Shown in pieces: positions 11,701-21,380 of a DNA stretch of 64,000 nucleotides (position 1 is the first letter of the stretch; each line of letters begins with the position of its first letter). Below the pieces are notes generated by a model. That model did no database searches, had not been told where the DNA came from, and worked only from the letters and a program-made list of their open reading frames with translations. The DNA is from Candidatus Aenigmatarchaeota archaeon (GTDB lineage Archaea; Aenigmatarchaeota; Aenigmatarchaeia; Aenigmatarchaeales; Aenigmatarchaeaceae): positions 119-64,118 of the forward strand of contig JAFGAZ010000020.1 of NCBI GenBank assembly GCA_016933455.1, written 5' to 3'. A program made the position numbers and the translations under genes.

Positions 11701-12567
11701 GCCTGCATCACAAATTCCTGTGACGTTTATCTGTGTGCCGTATACACCGCCAATGTTTTGGTTTGCATATTCTGTGCCGTTGTTTAGGTAAACATTGATT
11801 TCATTATCAGCCTGAGCAATTGAAAAATTGGAAGTTACGGAAGAGTTCCAGTTGCCGGAAGTATCGCTTGCATATACAGTCCAGTTGAAAGACCCAGCCG
11901 GAAGGACAACGGAATAAGAGTAGTTGGCCACGCTTATGTTTGACATGGAAGCGTTGTTGATTAAAACATCAGTAGAGTTCATGACTGTTATAAGGGCCGA
12001 GTTAACGCCCACATTGTCGTTTATTGACATGTTAAAAACAGTTTCTGTTGAAGGCGAGAAAGTTGAAACTGTTGTGTTTATTTCCCCCATCAAAACAGGT
12101 ATCATCGTGTCATTTACAAGTATCGTAACGTTGGTTGAATTGTAAGTTCCGTTTGCATCAAGAGTTGAGACGTTTATGTCAAAGGATGTGTTGGCCATGG
12201 GCATTACGTTGACATCAACGGCAAAGTACTGCTCTGTTCCGTTCTCGACAATGCCTATCTCGGTGTTGTTCATCCAATATACCATGCTGGTCGTGTTGTC
12301 GTACGGGGCGTCCAAAGCGGATGTCCAGTTAGTGGAGTCGACAAGAATGAAAGAGCCTGGAAGCGTTATGTTAACCTGGGTTATGTTGAATTCAGGATCA
12401 ATGTTGCTGATTGTAAAGTTTATTGTCTGATCGGGCGTTGCTGCACTTAGGCTCAAGGGATCAACAGAAGAGTCGAACGATGCGGCATATCCTGGCAGGA
12501 CAATTGTAAGGCAAATTATTGCCGAGATTATAAGAAGTGATGATACTGTAATGCTCTTGCCATACAT
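8800..12567 (-). CDS. Large surface glycoprotein with repeated beta-rich modules and a PGF-pre-PGF domain
   Basis: Signal peptide; repeated LGNGTYAYKVNATGN.NYS modules; many N-x-S/T sequons; YEAVSPGFSTFVI; Cys-rich module; C-terminal TM. Confidence 0.85.
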   Translation of the reverse strand: MYGKSITVSSLLIISAIICLTIVLPGYAASFDSSVDPLSLSAATPDQTINFTISNIDPEFNITQVNITLPGSFILVDSTNWTSALDAPYDNTTSMVYWMNNTEIGIVENGTEQYFAVDVNVMPMANTSFDINVSTLDANGTYNSTNVTILVNDTMIPVLMGEINTTVSTFSPSTETVFNMSINDNVGVNSALITVMNSTDVLINNASMSNISVANYSYSVVLPAGSFNWTVYASDTSGNWNSSVTSNFSIAQADNEINVYLNNGTEYANQNIGGVYGTQINVTGICDAGTCMVFRNGTDVTSENLTDVTIGAGVWEYIVNTTLSQNYTDNSSTYYVMITQAPVMLSLANNISWSGTYPDVSMTTGTGCPSQITCGLYREGLDASSENATGTILGAGAHNYTLNTSGNTNYSSNTTANTLVIAQGTPDVQVFIDSDGQNKTVQVPNSVEIRGNSTTTITPPTFTLFAKGTNSSGNPATISGAFEIGVYNVVYNTSGNANWTSASNSSIFLIVTTNATNPVSLTINNSTAYDNQNVSITYGTSVYVNCSNDYTGSGSCFLYRDGVYLGTNETVNLGAGTYAYKVNTTGNVNYSANSSGITYYLIVSQANNPVQLLLNDTLNGNKTYTYPEAVKANATSTIGNVSIYRNDVEVTNGTLTAEENILLGNGTYAYKVNATGNANYSANTTGVTYYALVNKGATLVSLLLNGEAADQTSTYPNSTINATAVSNVSGLYVQLWRNGTLISNATTVAWNSSTWPAWDNNFSAKVLGNDNYTESSLVDFWWNVSQASNPIALYLNGTSNNTTYAYPDVINATAVSAGGEVFLYRNASPISNGTSPQNEIIRLGNGTYVFAVNATGNQNYSANSTNITYYAFVNKGILNLTVNMSPSSSVVTGNRTTVSVLESNVGDSDVNYTLYRDGALLDNVTNESAILSVGSYIYTLNATGGDNWTANSTGINSTLTITAGSAAAFVSTGGSGPLPQVIDVDREKGKANVTIGSMSAGQTTNVSITKTEDVVVRKISITVKNAANDIQIRITKIAGAPASVSHEIEGNVYHYMNIDKENIDNDDINQTVIRFAVNKTWLEQNNINAAEVSMYRWEETLWNELTTTIVSNDSTEYIYEAVSPGFSTFVIGVSGSQAEAPVCIESWSCTDWSECAADVQTRTCTDSNSCGTTSDKPAESQACEMEAIVAPGGDDFPVFEVSLVAVLIVILILFVLLEVTGHIKLSMFKELFGRKKSHKTNLYELSYRLEEPENE

Positions 12568-12665
12568 GCCTTTTCTCAAACAAATCACTAACATTTATTT
12601 AGAAAACCCGCATATAAAGATTTCTAAGGAAAAATCTTTATCTTAGGCCCGCGTTATTTATTTTA

Positions 12666-13826
12666 ATGAAAAAGTTTGTTTTGTCGCTTCTTAGAACCGA
12701 TATAGCCAAAAGTAGCGGGCTGATATTCATAGCCACTTTTTTGGCCAATTTGATAGTTTTTGTTGTTGACATCTTCATTTCAAATGTCTTGGGACCTGTG
12801 GACTTTGGTATTTTCAGGACTATATTCTATCTGTTCACTTTCTTGCCGATGCTAATCGATTTTGGAGTGAACATGACTCTGACAAAGTACATTGCCGAGT
12901 TCAAGAAAAGAAACAAGGAAAGGCTAGGATACCTGATAAGGTACTTTATTGGCATAAAGTTAGTATCATTTATTGCTCTAATCATTTTAGTAATACTTCT
13001 CCAGAATCAACTGACTCTTATTTTTCTAAAAGACCCAAGTCTTGGTTACCTAATAGTGCCGGGAATTGTGCTGACATGCGTGGTATTTCTCAATGTTTTC
13101 CAAAACATACTGCTTGGCTTTCAGGAATTCAAGTTATTTGCGCTCTCGCAGTTTCTTGTAACTGCAAGCTCTGCTGTTTTCGGTTATTTGCTAAGCTTTT
13201 TCGGAGTTTTTTACCTGGTTTTGGGCTGGAGTATGGGGTATGTCTTTGGTAACATTTTCTCTATAAGATTTTTCATGAAGCAAAAACTCGGCAAAAAAAA
13301 GTCATTTGACGCAAAAAAGATATTCAAAAATTTCAGCCTGCCGCTTCACGCAGTCTATGTAATAAACAGCATGTATTACGTTATAGTGCCCATACTTAGC
13401 ATATTCTTCTCTCAGGAAGCTGTTGGCTATTTCTCTTTCGCATTTCTGTTTTACTTTGCAGCCATGCTAATTCCCAACGCGGTTTCCTTTGTAATAATGC
13501 CCAAAGTGTCTGAACTTAAGGGTCTGGACAGAATGGGCGATGCCAAAAGAATGCTAATCAAGGTATTCAAGCTCTATACGCCCATAGTCATTGTAGGCAT
13601 AGCCGGCGTTCTTCTGATCTCCGACATAATATTCGGCATGTTCTTCCAGAGCTATATGCAAAGTCTTTTCTTCTTCAAGGTCCTTGTCATAATGAGCCTG
13701 CTTTTCGGCTACAATGTGATATACACCTACTATCTGCAAGGGACAGGCAAAGTCAAGAAATTCGCGGTATTTGCAGTGCTTCAAAACGTCCTGCTTTTGG
13801 CAGCAAGCTTTGCTCTGCTTGCATAG
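12666..13826 (+). CDS. Oligosaccharide flippase (Wzx/MOP family)
   Basis: Multi-TM protein; LGPVDFG and DFGVNMTLTKYIAE motifs; adjacent to aglB. Confidence 0.85.
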   Translation: MKKFVLSLLRTDIAKSSGLIFIATFLANLIVFVVDIFISNVLGPVDFGIFRTIFYLFTFLPMLIDFGVNMTLTKYIAEFKKRNKERLGYLIRYFIGIKLVSFIALIILVILLQNQLTLIFLKDPSLGYLIVPGIVLTCVVFLNVFQNILLGFQEFKLFALSQFLVTASSAVFGYLLSFFGVFYLVLGWSMGYVFGNIFSIRFFMKQKLGKKKSFDAKKIFKNFSLPLHAVYVINSMYYVIVPILSIFFSQEAVGYFSFAFLFYFAAMLIPNAVSFVIMPKVSELKGLDRMGDAKRMLIKVFKLYTPIVIVGIAGVLLISDIIFGMFFQSYMQSLFFFKVLVIMSLLFGYNVIYTYYLQGTGKVKKFAVFAVLQNVLLLAASFALLA

Positions 13827-13875
13827 CGCCAAATAAACTTTTTATAGTTCTATTTCTAATTCTTCTTAGTTGATC

Positions 13876-15948
13876 ATGGACGTAATTGGTATTCTTAAGA
13901 GCAAATGGTGGGTATTTGTCCTAATCTTTATTTTGCTCTACTCGTACCAGATAAGGTCACTAAACATAATAGAGGACAGGATAGTCTCATACGACCCCGT
14001 TGTGCAGTACAGGTACACCTATTATGTTGCCGAGTACGGCCATCTGCCGATATGGGACGAGATGACATATTATGTTGGCAGGCTTTTCGAGTACAACACA
14101 AGCCCGCCTTTGATGTTCTACATAACATCCTTTGTTTACTGGATGGTTCAGTCTTCAGGTATTAGCCTTCTGACTGTTTCAGCATACATGGCTGCCATAT
14201 ACGGCGCGGCAATGGTCATACCAGCGTTTTTGCTTGGAAGGGAGCTTTCCAACAAATACGGAGGGCTTTTCGCAGCGCTTCTGATAGGAACAGCCCCTCA
14301 GATACTCACAAGAACATTTGGCAGCTCGTACGACACTGACCAGATAGTGCTTTTCTTCCTTATGTTGACAATTTACCTTGGATACTATGCTGTAAAGAGA
14401 AAGACTGTCGCAAGCTACTGCATGGCGCTAGGCGGCTTTTTCGGCTTCCTTATGACATGGGGTTACTCATTCTACTCCTACTTCATCATACTGGGCTTTG
14501 TAATCCTATACGCAGTTGTAAAGTTCCTTGTTGGTGAAGGATTTTTCAAGAAGCTAAATGCCGAAAGGTTCAAGGAATTATTCAACGAATTCAAGAGCAA
14601 CGCATTATTCCTTGTGGCCTTGCTAGCAGGCCTTACAGGACTTGCTGCAATAAACGGTGAAAATATACTGCTTCACATAAGAAATGTTGTTGGCTTTGCC
14701 TTTAGCGCAGAGAACTGGATAGTAAACATTTCAATAGCCGAGCTTCAGCCTTTCAACATATTCAGCGTCTCCGGATGGTCTGTTGCAATGGGCAACTTTG
14801 TCACAGGCATAGGAGCAATCGACGTTTCGATATTGGTAGCTTTCTTCTCCTTGATGGCTTTCGGCTTCTTTGCAAGCTTCAAAAAGAAGGATTATATGAA
14901 GTTCTCCTTCCTTTTGACGCTTTTTGCCATAGGCATATACACTACCTTCAGGGGTGTTAGGTTCACAGAGTTCACGTCAACCCTTTTCATAACAATGATA
15001 GCAACCGGGTTTGGAAGCCTTGTTGAATGGGTAAAGGACAGTGACATCAAAAAGACTCTTGTCATAGGCTCCATAGTTTTCATAGCTTTGATAGGAATGC
15101 AGGTAAGCCTTGCAATGGGCGAGCAGCTAGGGCCTGACATGAACGCCAACTGGGACAGTGCCTGGGAATTCCTAAGATCAGAAACATCAGAACTTTCCTT
15201 GGTAGGCACTTGGTGGGACCCTGGCCACATGATAAACGGCCTTGCCGAGAGAAGGAACTTTGCTGACGGGGCCCACTGCCAGAACCAGTGTCTTTACACA
15301 ATAAACGACAGGATAACAGACCTTGGCAAGATAATGGCCACATCAAGCGAGCAAGAATCCCTTGACTTGATAAGAAAGTACACGGGCGATTCGACCGACG
15401 TTTACTGGATAGCTTCAGACGACCTCATAGGAAAGTACAGGTGGCTGCAGTATTTCGGAACAGGCTGCGACGGGACAGCTGACGCGTCATGCCCGCTATA
15501 CATACAACTGGGCCAGACGTCACAGTCAGTGGATGAGGGAGGCAATGTAATGTTTATCAACTATGCAATGTCGGACACTTCGCAATTGATGATTTACAAT
15601 ACGCAAATACCAATACCGATGTTCATGCAGGGCATAGACATAGCGCTTTTTGACGAGTTTATCTATTACAACGGAACCGAGCCGGTTGCAGTGAGCTTTA
15701 GCCAGGAGGAGATTAATCAGTTGGTTGAAGCGCTGTCGCCATTGGAAAGCAAGCTGAATGCAAGATTCACCAATCAGACAATACCAATGACTGTCTGGAT
15801 GCCCAGGCACTATCAGTACATTGTCATAATACCAGACAACCTAAGAAACACGGTCTTTACTAGAATGTTCATGCTAGAGGGCCAGGGCCTTGATCACTTT
15901 GAACAGGTGTTTAGAAACGAGCAGGTAAAGATATACAAAGTGGTATGA
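13876..15948 (+). CDS. aglB: Oligosaccharyltransferase AglB (STT3 family)
   Basis: SYDP, YDTD, SIAELQP, WWDPG (WWDYG variant) and DLIGK motifs; multi-TM N-terminal half. Confidence 0.92.
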   Translation: MDVIGILKSKWWVFVLIFILLYSYQIRSLNIIEDRIVSYDPVVQYRYTYYVAEYGHLPIWDEMTYYVGRLFEYNTSPPLMFYITSFVYWMVQSSGISLLTVSAYMAAIYGAAMVIPAFLLGRELSNKYGGLFAALLIGTAPQILTRTFGSSYDTDQIVLFFLMLTIYLGYYAVKRKTVASYCMALGGFFGFLMTWGYSFYSYFIILGFVILYAVVKFLVGEGFFKKLNAERFKELFNEFKSNALFLVALLAGLTGLAAINGENILLHIRNVVGFAFSAENWIVNISIAELQPFNIFSVSGWSVAMGNFVTGIGAIDVSILVAFFSLMAFGFFASFKKKDYMKFSFLLTLFAIGIYTTFRGVRFTEFTSTLFITMIATGFGSLVEWVKDSDIKKTLVIGSIVFIALIGMQVSLAMGEQLGPDMNANWDSAWEFLRSETSELSLVGTWWDPGHMINGLAERRNFADGAHCQNQCLYTINDRITDLGKIMATSSEQESLDLIRKYTGDSTDVYWIASDDLIGKYRWLQYFGTGCDGTADASCPLYIQLGQTSQSVDEGGNVMFINYAMSDTSQLMIYNTQIPIPMFMQGIDIALFDEFIYYNGTEPVAVSFSQEEINQLVEALSPLESKLNARFTNQTIPMTVWMPRHYQYIVIIPDNLRNTVFTRMFMLEGQGLDHFEQVFRNEQVKIYKVV

Positions 15949-16115
15949 TGAAAGACGACTTGAAATGTGTTTTCTTTTCAATGCTGGGTCTTTTTTTTGG
16001 CCTAATACTTGTTGACGTTGACCATCTTTTCAACGTGGCGTATTTTCATTGGTTTCCCATAACATTCTTCTTTTTGTTCTTCGGGATAGGCCTGTTCTTG
16101 TGGAGGAAGGACTAG
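15945..16115 (+). CDS. Small membrane protein (56 aa), possibly the N-half of a YdjM-like metal-dependent hydrolase
   Basis: Manual translation MMKDDLKCVFFSMLGLFFGLILVDVDHLFNVAYFHWFPITFFFLFFGIGLFLWRKD*; start overlaps the aglB stop (ATGA). Confidence 0.55.
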   Translation: MMKDDLKCVFFSMLGLFFGLILVDVDHLFNVAYFHWFPITFFFLFFGIGLFLWRKD

Positions 16116-16397
16116 ATGATATTCTTCTACCATCTTCTGATATTGATTGCAAGCTCGTCTGGCCTGCTTTTGTCTTATTTTGTAAAAGACAAAATGAAAA
16201 CAAGAAGATACCTAATGTTGTTCTTCCTATTCCTGGGACTTTCAATGTTCATCCACTTTATCATAGACAGCATTCCGGTTCCAAAGGAAAATTTCATAAG
16301 ATACTATATGAATCTAGAGCCGCACGAGGACCTTTCGCTAGATTTTCTAATAGGAAAGGCAATGGAACTTAAGCAGTCGGCTAACATCAGCGGCTAG
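16116..16397 (+). CDS. Small membrane protein
   Basis: Two TM segments, HFIID motif; GGAGG upstream; in frame with the preceding ORF. Confidence 0.6.
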   Translation: MIFFYHLLILIASSSGLLLSYFVKDKMKTRRYLMLFFLFLGLSMFIHFIIDSIPVPKENFIRYYMNLEPHEDLSLDFLIGKAMELKQSANISG

Positions 16398-16422
16398 GTT
16401 GAAAAAAAATAAAAGGTATAAC

Positions 16423-17118
16423 ATGAAAACATACGCGCTCATATGCGCATACAACGAGGAAAAGATGGCAAATCTTGTCATAAAAAACACTTTGAATCAT
16501 GTAGACAAGGTCATTTTTGTTAATGATGGCAGCGAGGATAAGACTTTTGAAAAGGTAAAAAATGAGTTTGGTAAAAACAGGAAAGTAATAATAATTTCTT
16601 ACAAAAAAAATCGCGGCAAGGGATATGCGACAAGGCTTGGATTTAAAAGATTTCTAAAAGAGAACGGCGACATACTGGTAACTCTTGATTCCGACGGGCA
16701 GCACGATCCAAAGGAAATTAAACTGCTATTGTCCCAAATCAATGACAAAAATTGCGACATAATAATAGGGACAAGGTACAAGGGAGAAACAAAACAGCCG
16801 GGCATCAGGAAATTTTTCAACAAAATGTCAAGCATAATAGTCAAGATGCTGTCAAGCGGTGACTTTGACGACGTGGCATCAGGCTTTAGATGCTATTCCA
16901 AAAAAGCCATAAAAATAATAGAGCCCTCGTTGAAATTGGACGGCTTTGGCATAGAACCTGAGATACTTCAGATAGCTGGCAGAAATAATCTAAAGGCGAA
17001 ATCTGTTCAGATATCCTGCAAATATGACAAAGGCAAGGAAAAGAAGAATCTTTGGAAAATGGGGATGGACTATATCAGGTATGCCATAAAATACAAGAGC
17101 GGTTTGTTAAAAAACTAA
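16423..17118 (+). CDS. GT2 glycosyltransferase, polyprenol-phosphate glycosyltransferase-like
   Basis: AYNEE, VNDGSED, NRGKG, LDSDGQH, SGFR motifs. Confidence 0.9.
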   Translation: MKTYALICAYNEEKMANLVIKNTLNHVDKVIFVNDGSEDKTFEKVKNEFGKNRKVIIISYKKNRGKGYATRLGFKRFLKENGDILVTLDSDGQHDPKEIKLLLSQINDKNCDIIIGTRYKGETKQPGIRKFFNKMSSIIVKMLSSGDFDDVASGFRCYSKKAIKIIEPSLKLDGFGIEPEILQIAGRNNLKAKSVQISCKYDKGKEKKNLWKMGMDYIRYAIKYKSGLLKN

Positions 17119-18593
17119 AGAACGCGCCTTCTAAAGAAAAGCTTGAATGCGATCTTTGCGTCCTCGAAAAGTTCCCTTACACTTTTTAGGTTCCTAAGCC
17201 TCTTGAAGATGTAATAGGGCCTTAGGTAGTATACCCTATAGCACCACTTTACAAGGTACTCCAATTGCTCGTGCGTCATCTCGGGAAAATCAACTATGCC
17301 TGTGTTGTACGGGTCTATTCCCTCCCAGTCGCCTGACTTTGTTGTGAACCACTTGTTCTTCTTGACAATCTTGTAGAATTCCAATGAGGGGTGAGGAGCC
17401 ACAATGCCAAAAGACACAAAATCTATGTCTAGCATCTTTAGTATCTTGACAGTCCATCTGATATCATCGACTGTCTGAAGGGGTGAAGCTCCCAAAAGTA
17501 TGTTTATCTTTGGCTGGATGCCGACCTTCTTTAGAAGTATTATAGCGTTCATCTGAGCTCCTGGAGTTGTGCCCTTTCTGACATAGTCCAGAACCTTCTT
17601 GTCAAAGCTCTCAACGCCTATGTCAACGTACATGCAACCGGAATCTCTCATCTTCTGCAAGACTTCCTCGTCCTGCAGCTGGTCTGCCCTTGCCAAACAT
17701 CCCCATTCCATTTTCAAGGGCTTGATTAGGTCGCATATCTTCATTATCCTTTCCTTGTAGCCCTTTGTCGGGACTCCCATGAAGTTGTCGTCCATTATAG
17801 CAACAGACCTATATCCCTGTTTCTTGACTTGTTTGAATTCCTCGTATATGTTCTTTGGCGACCTTTCTGTCATTGGAGGCTTTTTGCCGCACTTGTTCTT
17901 CCACTCAATTTCCCTGGCAAAGTTGTAAGCCGCTGGTATGCAGTATATGCACTGGCCCCAGCACTGCCTTGTTGTAAACATTGTTGTTGTGGGCCTTTTG
18001 CTGAGCTTGGGATTAAAGTAAGCATAAGGCGTTTTTATCAAATGCCTTGCCGGAAACGGCAGCTTGTCCAAATTGTCTATGTAATGCCTCGGATAGATGT
18101 TGTAGACCTTCTTGCCCTTCATGAAGCTAAGGCCGTTGATTCCCTCAAGGTTATCGGATTTCTTTTTGATTTTATTCATTAGGTCGAGAATAATATACTC
18201 TGGCTCGCCTCTTACAACGAAAGTCTTTTCATCGCTTAGATATTTCTCAGGAACTCTTGTGGGCTCAGGTCCCATGAATATGACTATGGCGTCCTTGTTA
18301 AGCTCCCTTATCCTGTCTCTCCAGTAGATGTCGGTCTTCTCAGCAAGATACACTGTAAAGAACACGAAAACATCGGATTTCTTATTTTCAACATAATTTT
18401 CCAGCCATTTCTTGCTCTTCTTTTGCACCACACAGTCGATGAACTCTACATCAAAGCCGGCCTTTTCAAGAACTGCCGCTGGGTAGAGTATGTGTATGGG
18501 CTGCTGGAACGAAAGGCCATAGTTGCACCCAAAGCACCTCTCCGGAGCCCTGCTCTGCGGGTATGCTGGTGGTATCAAAAACGTTACTTTCAT
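17115..18593 (-). CDS. Cobalamin-binding radical SAM protein
   Basis: N-terminal B12-binding-type domain; CWGQCIYC; DDNF; GVES. Confidence 0.88.
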   Translation of the reverse strand: MKVTFLIPPAYPQSRAPERCFGCNYGLSFQQPIHILYPAAVLEKAGFDVEFIDCVVQKKSKKWLENYVENKKSDVFVFFTVYLAEKTDIYWRDRIRELNKDAIVIFMGPEPTRVPEKYLSDEKTFVVRGEPEYIILDLMNKIKKKSDNLEGINGLSFMKGKKVYNIYPRHYIDNLDKLPFPARHLIKTPYAYFNPKLSKRPTTTMFTTRQCWGQCIYCIPAAYNFAREIEWKNKCGKKPPMTERSPKNIYEEFKQVKKQGYRSVAIMDDNFMGVPTKGYKERIMKICDLIKPLKMEWGCLARADQLQDEEVLQKMRDSGCMYVDIGVESFDKKVLDYVRKGTTPGAQMNAIILLKKVGIQPKINILLGASPLQTVDDIRWTVKILKMLDIDFVSFGIVAPHPSLEFYKIVKKNKWFTTKSGDWEGIDPYNTGIVDFPEMTHEQLEYLVKWCYRVYYLRPYYIFKRLRNLKSVRELFEDAKIAFKLFFRRRVL

Positions 18594-18636
18594 GTCAAAA
18601 CCTGTTCTTACTAATTATTATGAATTGTAAATAAAT

Positions 18637-19257
18637 TTAAGCCTGCTTTTCAAGCAGAAGCATATAGTTGTAGCAGATGGGCCTGAATAGCTCTCCTAGA
18701 GCCCTTGACAGGGGGAATAGGAACCTTAGGCTTGAGGGTATCCAGAAAAAGTGCCTCGCTTCCTTTAGTTTGAAGCCGTTCTTCTTGAAAATGTTGATTA
18801 ATTCCTTTTCCTCTATGAAATAGTCCTTTGAGTCGTGGACATCGTCGCTCCATCCAAGCCTTTTTGCAAAGTTTATGAGCCTGGGGTTGGGAGTTGATAT
18901 CACAACTCTTCCCCCAGTCCTTAGCACTCTGGTTATTTCCTTTACAGGGCTCTTTTTTCCAGGCACATGCTCTATCACCTCAAGGCAGCAAACCCCTTCA
19001 AATGTGTTGTTCTTGAATGGTATCTTGGATATGCTTCCTAGTTTTACTATGCCCTTTTTCTTGGACATCTTTATCGCTTCCTTGTCCATGTCTATGCCGT
19101 ACCAGTTCTTGTTTTTCAGGTTAAAGCCCGCCCCGCAGCCAATGTCTAGGACCTTTCCCCTGAGGTTCTTGGCAGCGTACTTGTATCGATACAGATGCAA
19201 GAAAGCCTCGTATGCTTTTCTTTTTTTCAATTCGTTTAGCGTGAACCAGCATTTCAT
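18637..19257 (-). CDS. Class I SAM-dependent methyltransferase
   Basis: VLDIGCGAG, EVIEHV, RVLRTGG, STPN. Confidence 0.88.
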   Translation of the reverse strand: MKCWFTLNELKKRKAYEAFLHLYRYKYAAKNLRGKVLDIGCGAGFNLKNKNWYGIDMDKEAIKMSKKKGIVKLGSISKIPFKNNTFEGVCCLEVIEHVPGKKSPVKEITRVLRTGGRVVISTPNPRLINFAKRLGWSDDVHDSKDYFIEEKELINIFKKNGFKLKEARHFFWIPSSLRFLFPLSRALGELFRPICYNYMLLLEKQA

Positions 19258-19261
19258 AGAA

Positions 19262-19957
19262 TCACTTTTTCCTAGTAGGATAGTAGAGCACTGCCCCTAT
19301 TAAAGTTCCGAGCAGAAAGCCTATTTTAGAAACTATAAGACCCAGTTCCCTTTTCAAAAGGCTGAAGGCGTTCTTCTTGCCGCTGCCTTTGAAATTGGAC
19401 TTGAAGCCTGCCTGGCCGTACTTCATCTGTATCTTGACAAGCAGTATGCCGTAAAGGAAATTGTTTCTAATCATCTTGGAAACTGAATTGCTTCTTTCGT
19501 GCAGAACGGGGGCTATCGGAAGTTCGACTCCTTTGTAGCCCCTTTTCCTAAGCCTTGCGTAAAGCTCGGTGTCCTCTGCTATGGGGAAGGACTCGTCAAG
19601 CTTGTTTTCTTTCATCACATTCGCATAGGCGGCAAAGTTGGACCAGTCCCATGTGGAGGGCGTCACCTCGATTCCCCTTACAAGCGTTCTTTTCTTTTTG
19701 TCATTTCTGTTTTCTTTCTTGACAGCATTGACCATCTCTTCAAGCCACGTGTTTGTCATTGGCATTGCGTCTGTTTCTGTTATGACAATTATTTCTCCTT
19801 TGGCTTTTGATATGGCATCGTTCATTGCCTGGGGTATTCCCTTTTTGGTAGAATATACTAGCTCGAAATCTTTGAATGTCTGTTTCTTGAGAGCTTCTTT
19901 TAGCTTTCTCAAGTCTCTTTCGTTTCTCGCTATGGTTACTACTGAAACTTGAGGCAT
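19262..19957 (-). CDS. GT2 glycosyltransferase (compact)
   Basis: VSVVTIARNE, ITETDA, AEDTEL. Confidence 0.82.
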   Translation of the reverse strand: MPQVSVVTIARNERDLRKLKEALKKQTFKDFELVYSTKKGIPQAMNDAISKAKGEIIVITETDAMPMTNTWLEEMVNAVKKENRNDKKKRTLVRGIEVTPSTWDWSNFAAYANVMKENKLDESFPIAEDTELYARLRKRGYKGVELPIAPVLHERSNSVSKMIRNNFLYGILLVKIQMKYGQAGFKSNFKGSGKKNAFSLLKRELGLIVSKIGFLLGTLIGAVLYYPTRKK

Positions 19958-21376
19958 CTAATTACCCTTCGGTTTTATCACAGAATTCAAAAGCACTTTT
20001 GCCGCTCCCTTAAGTCCCTTGTATTTGTATAGGTTGTAAAAATGGAAAACTATGATGTCGGGTCTTTTCGTGACCATCTTCCTGTACCAGAGCTTGTTTG
20101 CCAAGTTGAGGTTTTCCTTTATCTGGTCGTGCGTGTATCCAGGAAGGTCGACAACGCATTCGGTGTTTGCAATAAAGTTCTTCCAGTCGGTTTCAACAAA
20201 CAAATCGTTGTCCTTGCACCACTTGTTGAGCCTTGTCCCTGGAAACGGCATGCAGACTGAGAACTGCAAAGTGTCAGACGGCAGGTTTATTGCAAACTCT
20301 ATTGTTTCCCTGTCGCTTTCCTTGGTAGAACCCTTCATGCCCAACACCCAGCAAAGGTGCGTTCTAAGTCCGAGCTTGTTGCACGATTCAACGAATTCTT
20401 TTATGTCTTTTCTTGTTATGGGCTTGCCTTCCAGCTGCTTGAGAACTTTGTCATCAGCGGACTCTGCCCCTATTGTTATCCCTGTGCAACCCGCATCTCT
20501 CATAATTTTTAATGTATTGTAACTGATCTTGGCATCTGCCATGCAGTTCCATTTAACTTTCGATTTTCTTCGTATCAGTTCCTTGCAAATTTTCTTGACA
20601 TGTGACTCGTTAATGCTAAAGTTGTCATCATCAAAGTAAAGCTCGTCTGGTTTGTATTTGTTCCAAAGATATTCCATTTCGTTTACAATATCGTTAACAT
20701 CTTTTCTCATCCTATAACTTTTTTGCCTATAGTAAGTTTCAACAGTGCAAAAATTGCATCCCCATGGACATCCTCTGGAAGTAATCATGACTACATTGAA
20801 ACCGTGAAGCTTTGGATCGTTGTACTTGTCCATTGGAAGCTCGTCTCTTTCTGGCCAAGGAAGCTCGTCCAAATCTTGTATCAATGGTCTTGGTCTGAAT
20901 TTTTGTCCTTTTGCAGCAACGCCTGCAGGAAAACTTTTTTCTTCCTTGTTTAGCCATCTAACAAGACCAAGAATGCTGTATTCACACTCACCCACTATTG
21001 CAAAATCGTATCCTGCATTGACACATTCATTATACGCCGGGGTTGCATGATAACCTGAAGCTGCGAATTTTATTTTAGAATTAAACTTCTTAATCATCTT
21101 CATTGTTTTAAGATCATGTTCGAAAGAAGATGCAGTGGTTTCCCATACTATTAAATCGGGCTTTATTTCTCTGACTTTTTTTAGAAATTCTTTTCTTGTC
21201 ATCTCCGATGCAGTGGCATCTACTATATGAGCATCATAACCATGCTTCTTTAGAACTGAAGTTGCATAAGCAAGCCTTACAGGATAAGGAAAATAGTTGG
21301 CAGCACCCTTTGGTAGCTTTATGTCCCATCTACATCTGAGCCAAAGACCTGGTGGGTTTGCAAGTAAGATTTTCAT
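19958..21376 (-). CDS. Cobalamin-binding radical SAM protein
   Basis: MKILLANPP; SRGCPWGCNFC; DDDNF; GAES; PFPGT. Confidence 0.9.
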   Translation of the reverse strand: MKILLANPPGLWLRCRWDIKLPKGAANYFPYPVRLAYATSVLKKHGYDAHIVDATASEMTRKEFLKKVREIKPDLIVWETTASSFEHDLKTMKMIKKFNSKIKFAASGYHATPAYNECVNAGYDFAIVGECEYSILGLVRWLNKEEKSFPAGVAAKGQKFRPRPLIQDLDELPWPERDELPMDKYNDPKLHGFNVVMITSRGCPWGCNFCTVETYYRQKSYRMRKDVNDIVNEMEYLWNKYKPDELYFDDDNFSINESHVKKICKELIRRKSKVKWNCMADAKISYNTLKIMRDAGCTGITIGAESADDKVLKQLEGKPITRKDIKEFVESCNKLGLRTHLCWVLGMKGSTKESDRETIEFAINLPSDTLQFSVCMPFPGTRLNKWCKDNDLFVETDWKNFIANTECVVDLPGYTHDQIKENLNLANKLWYRKMVTKRPDIIVFHFYNLYKYKGLKGAAKVLLNSVIKPKGN

Positions 21377-21380
21377 ATTA

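Noticed and set aside
15211..15225. AglB WWDPG instead of WWDYG
   Set aside because: The substrate-binding WWD is intact and the fourth position varies among STT3 homologs, so this is not evidence of altered function.
16113..16115. Pyrrolysine or genome-wide amber recoding
   Set aside because: TAG terminates several clear genes in the window (e.g. flippase, MazG, RadA) and no pyl genes are present.
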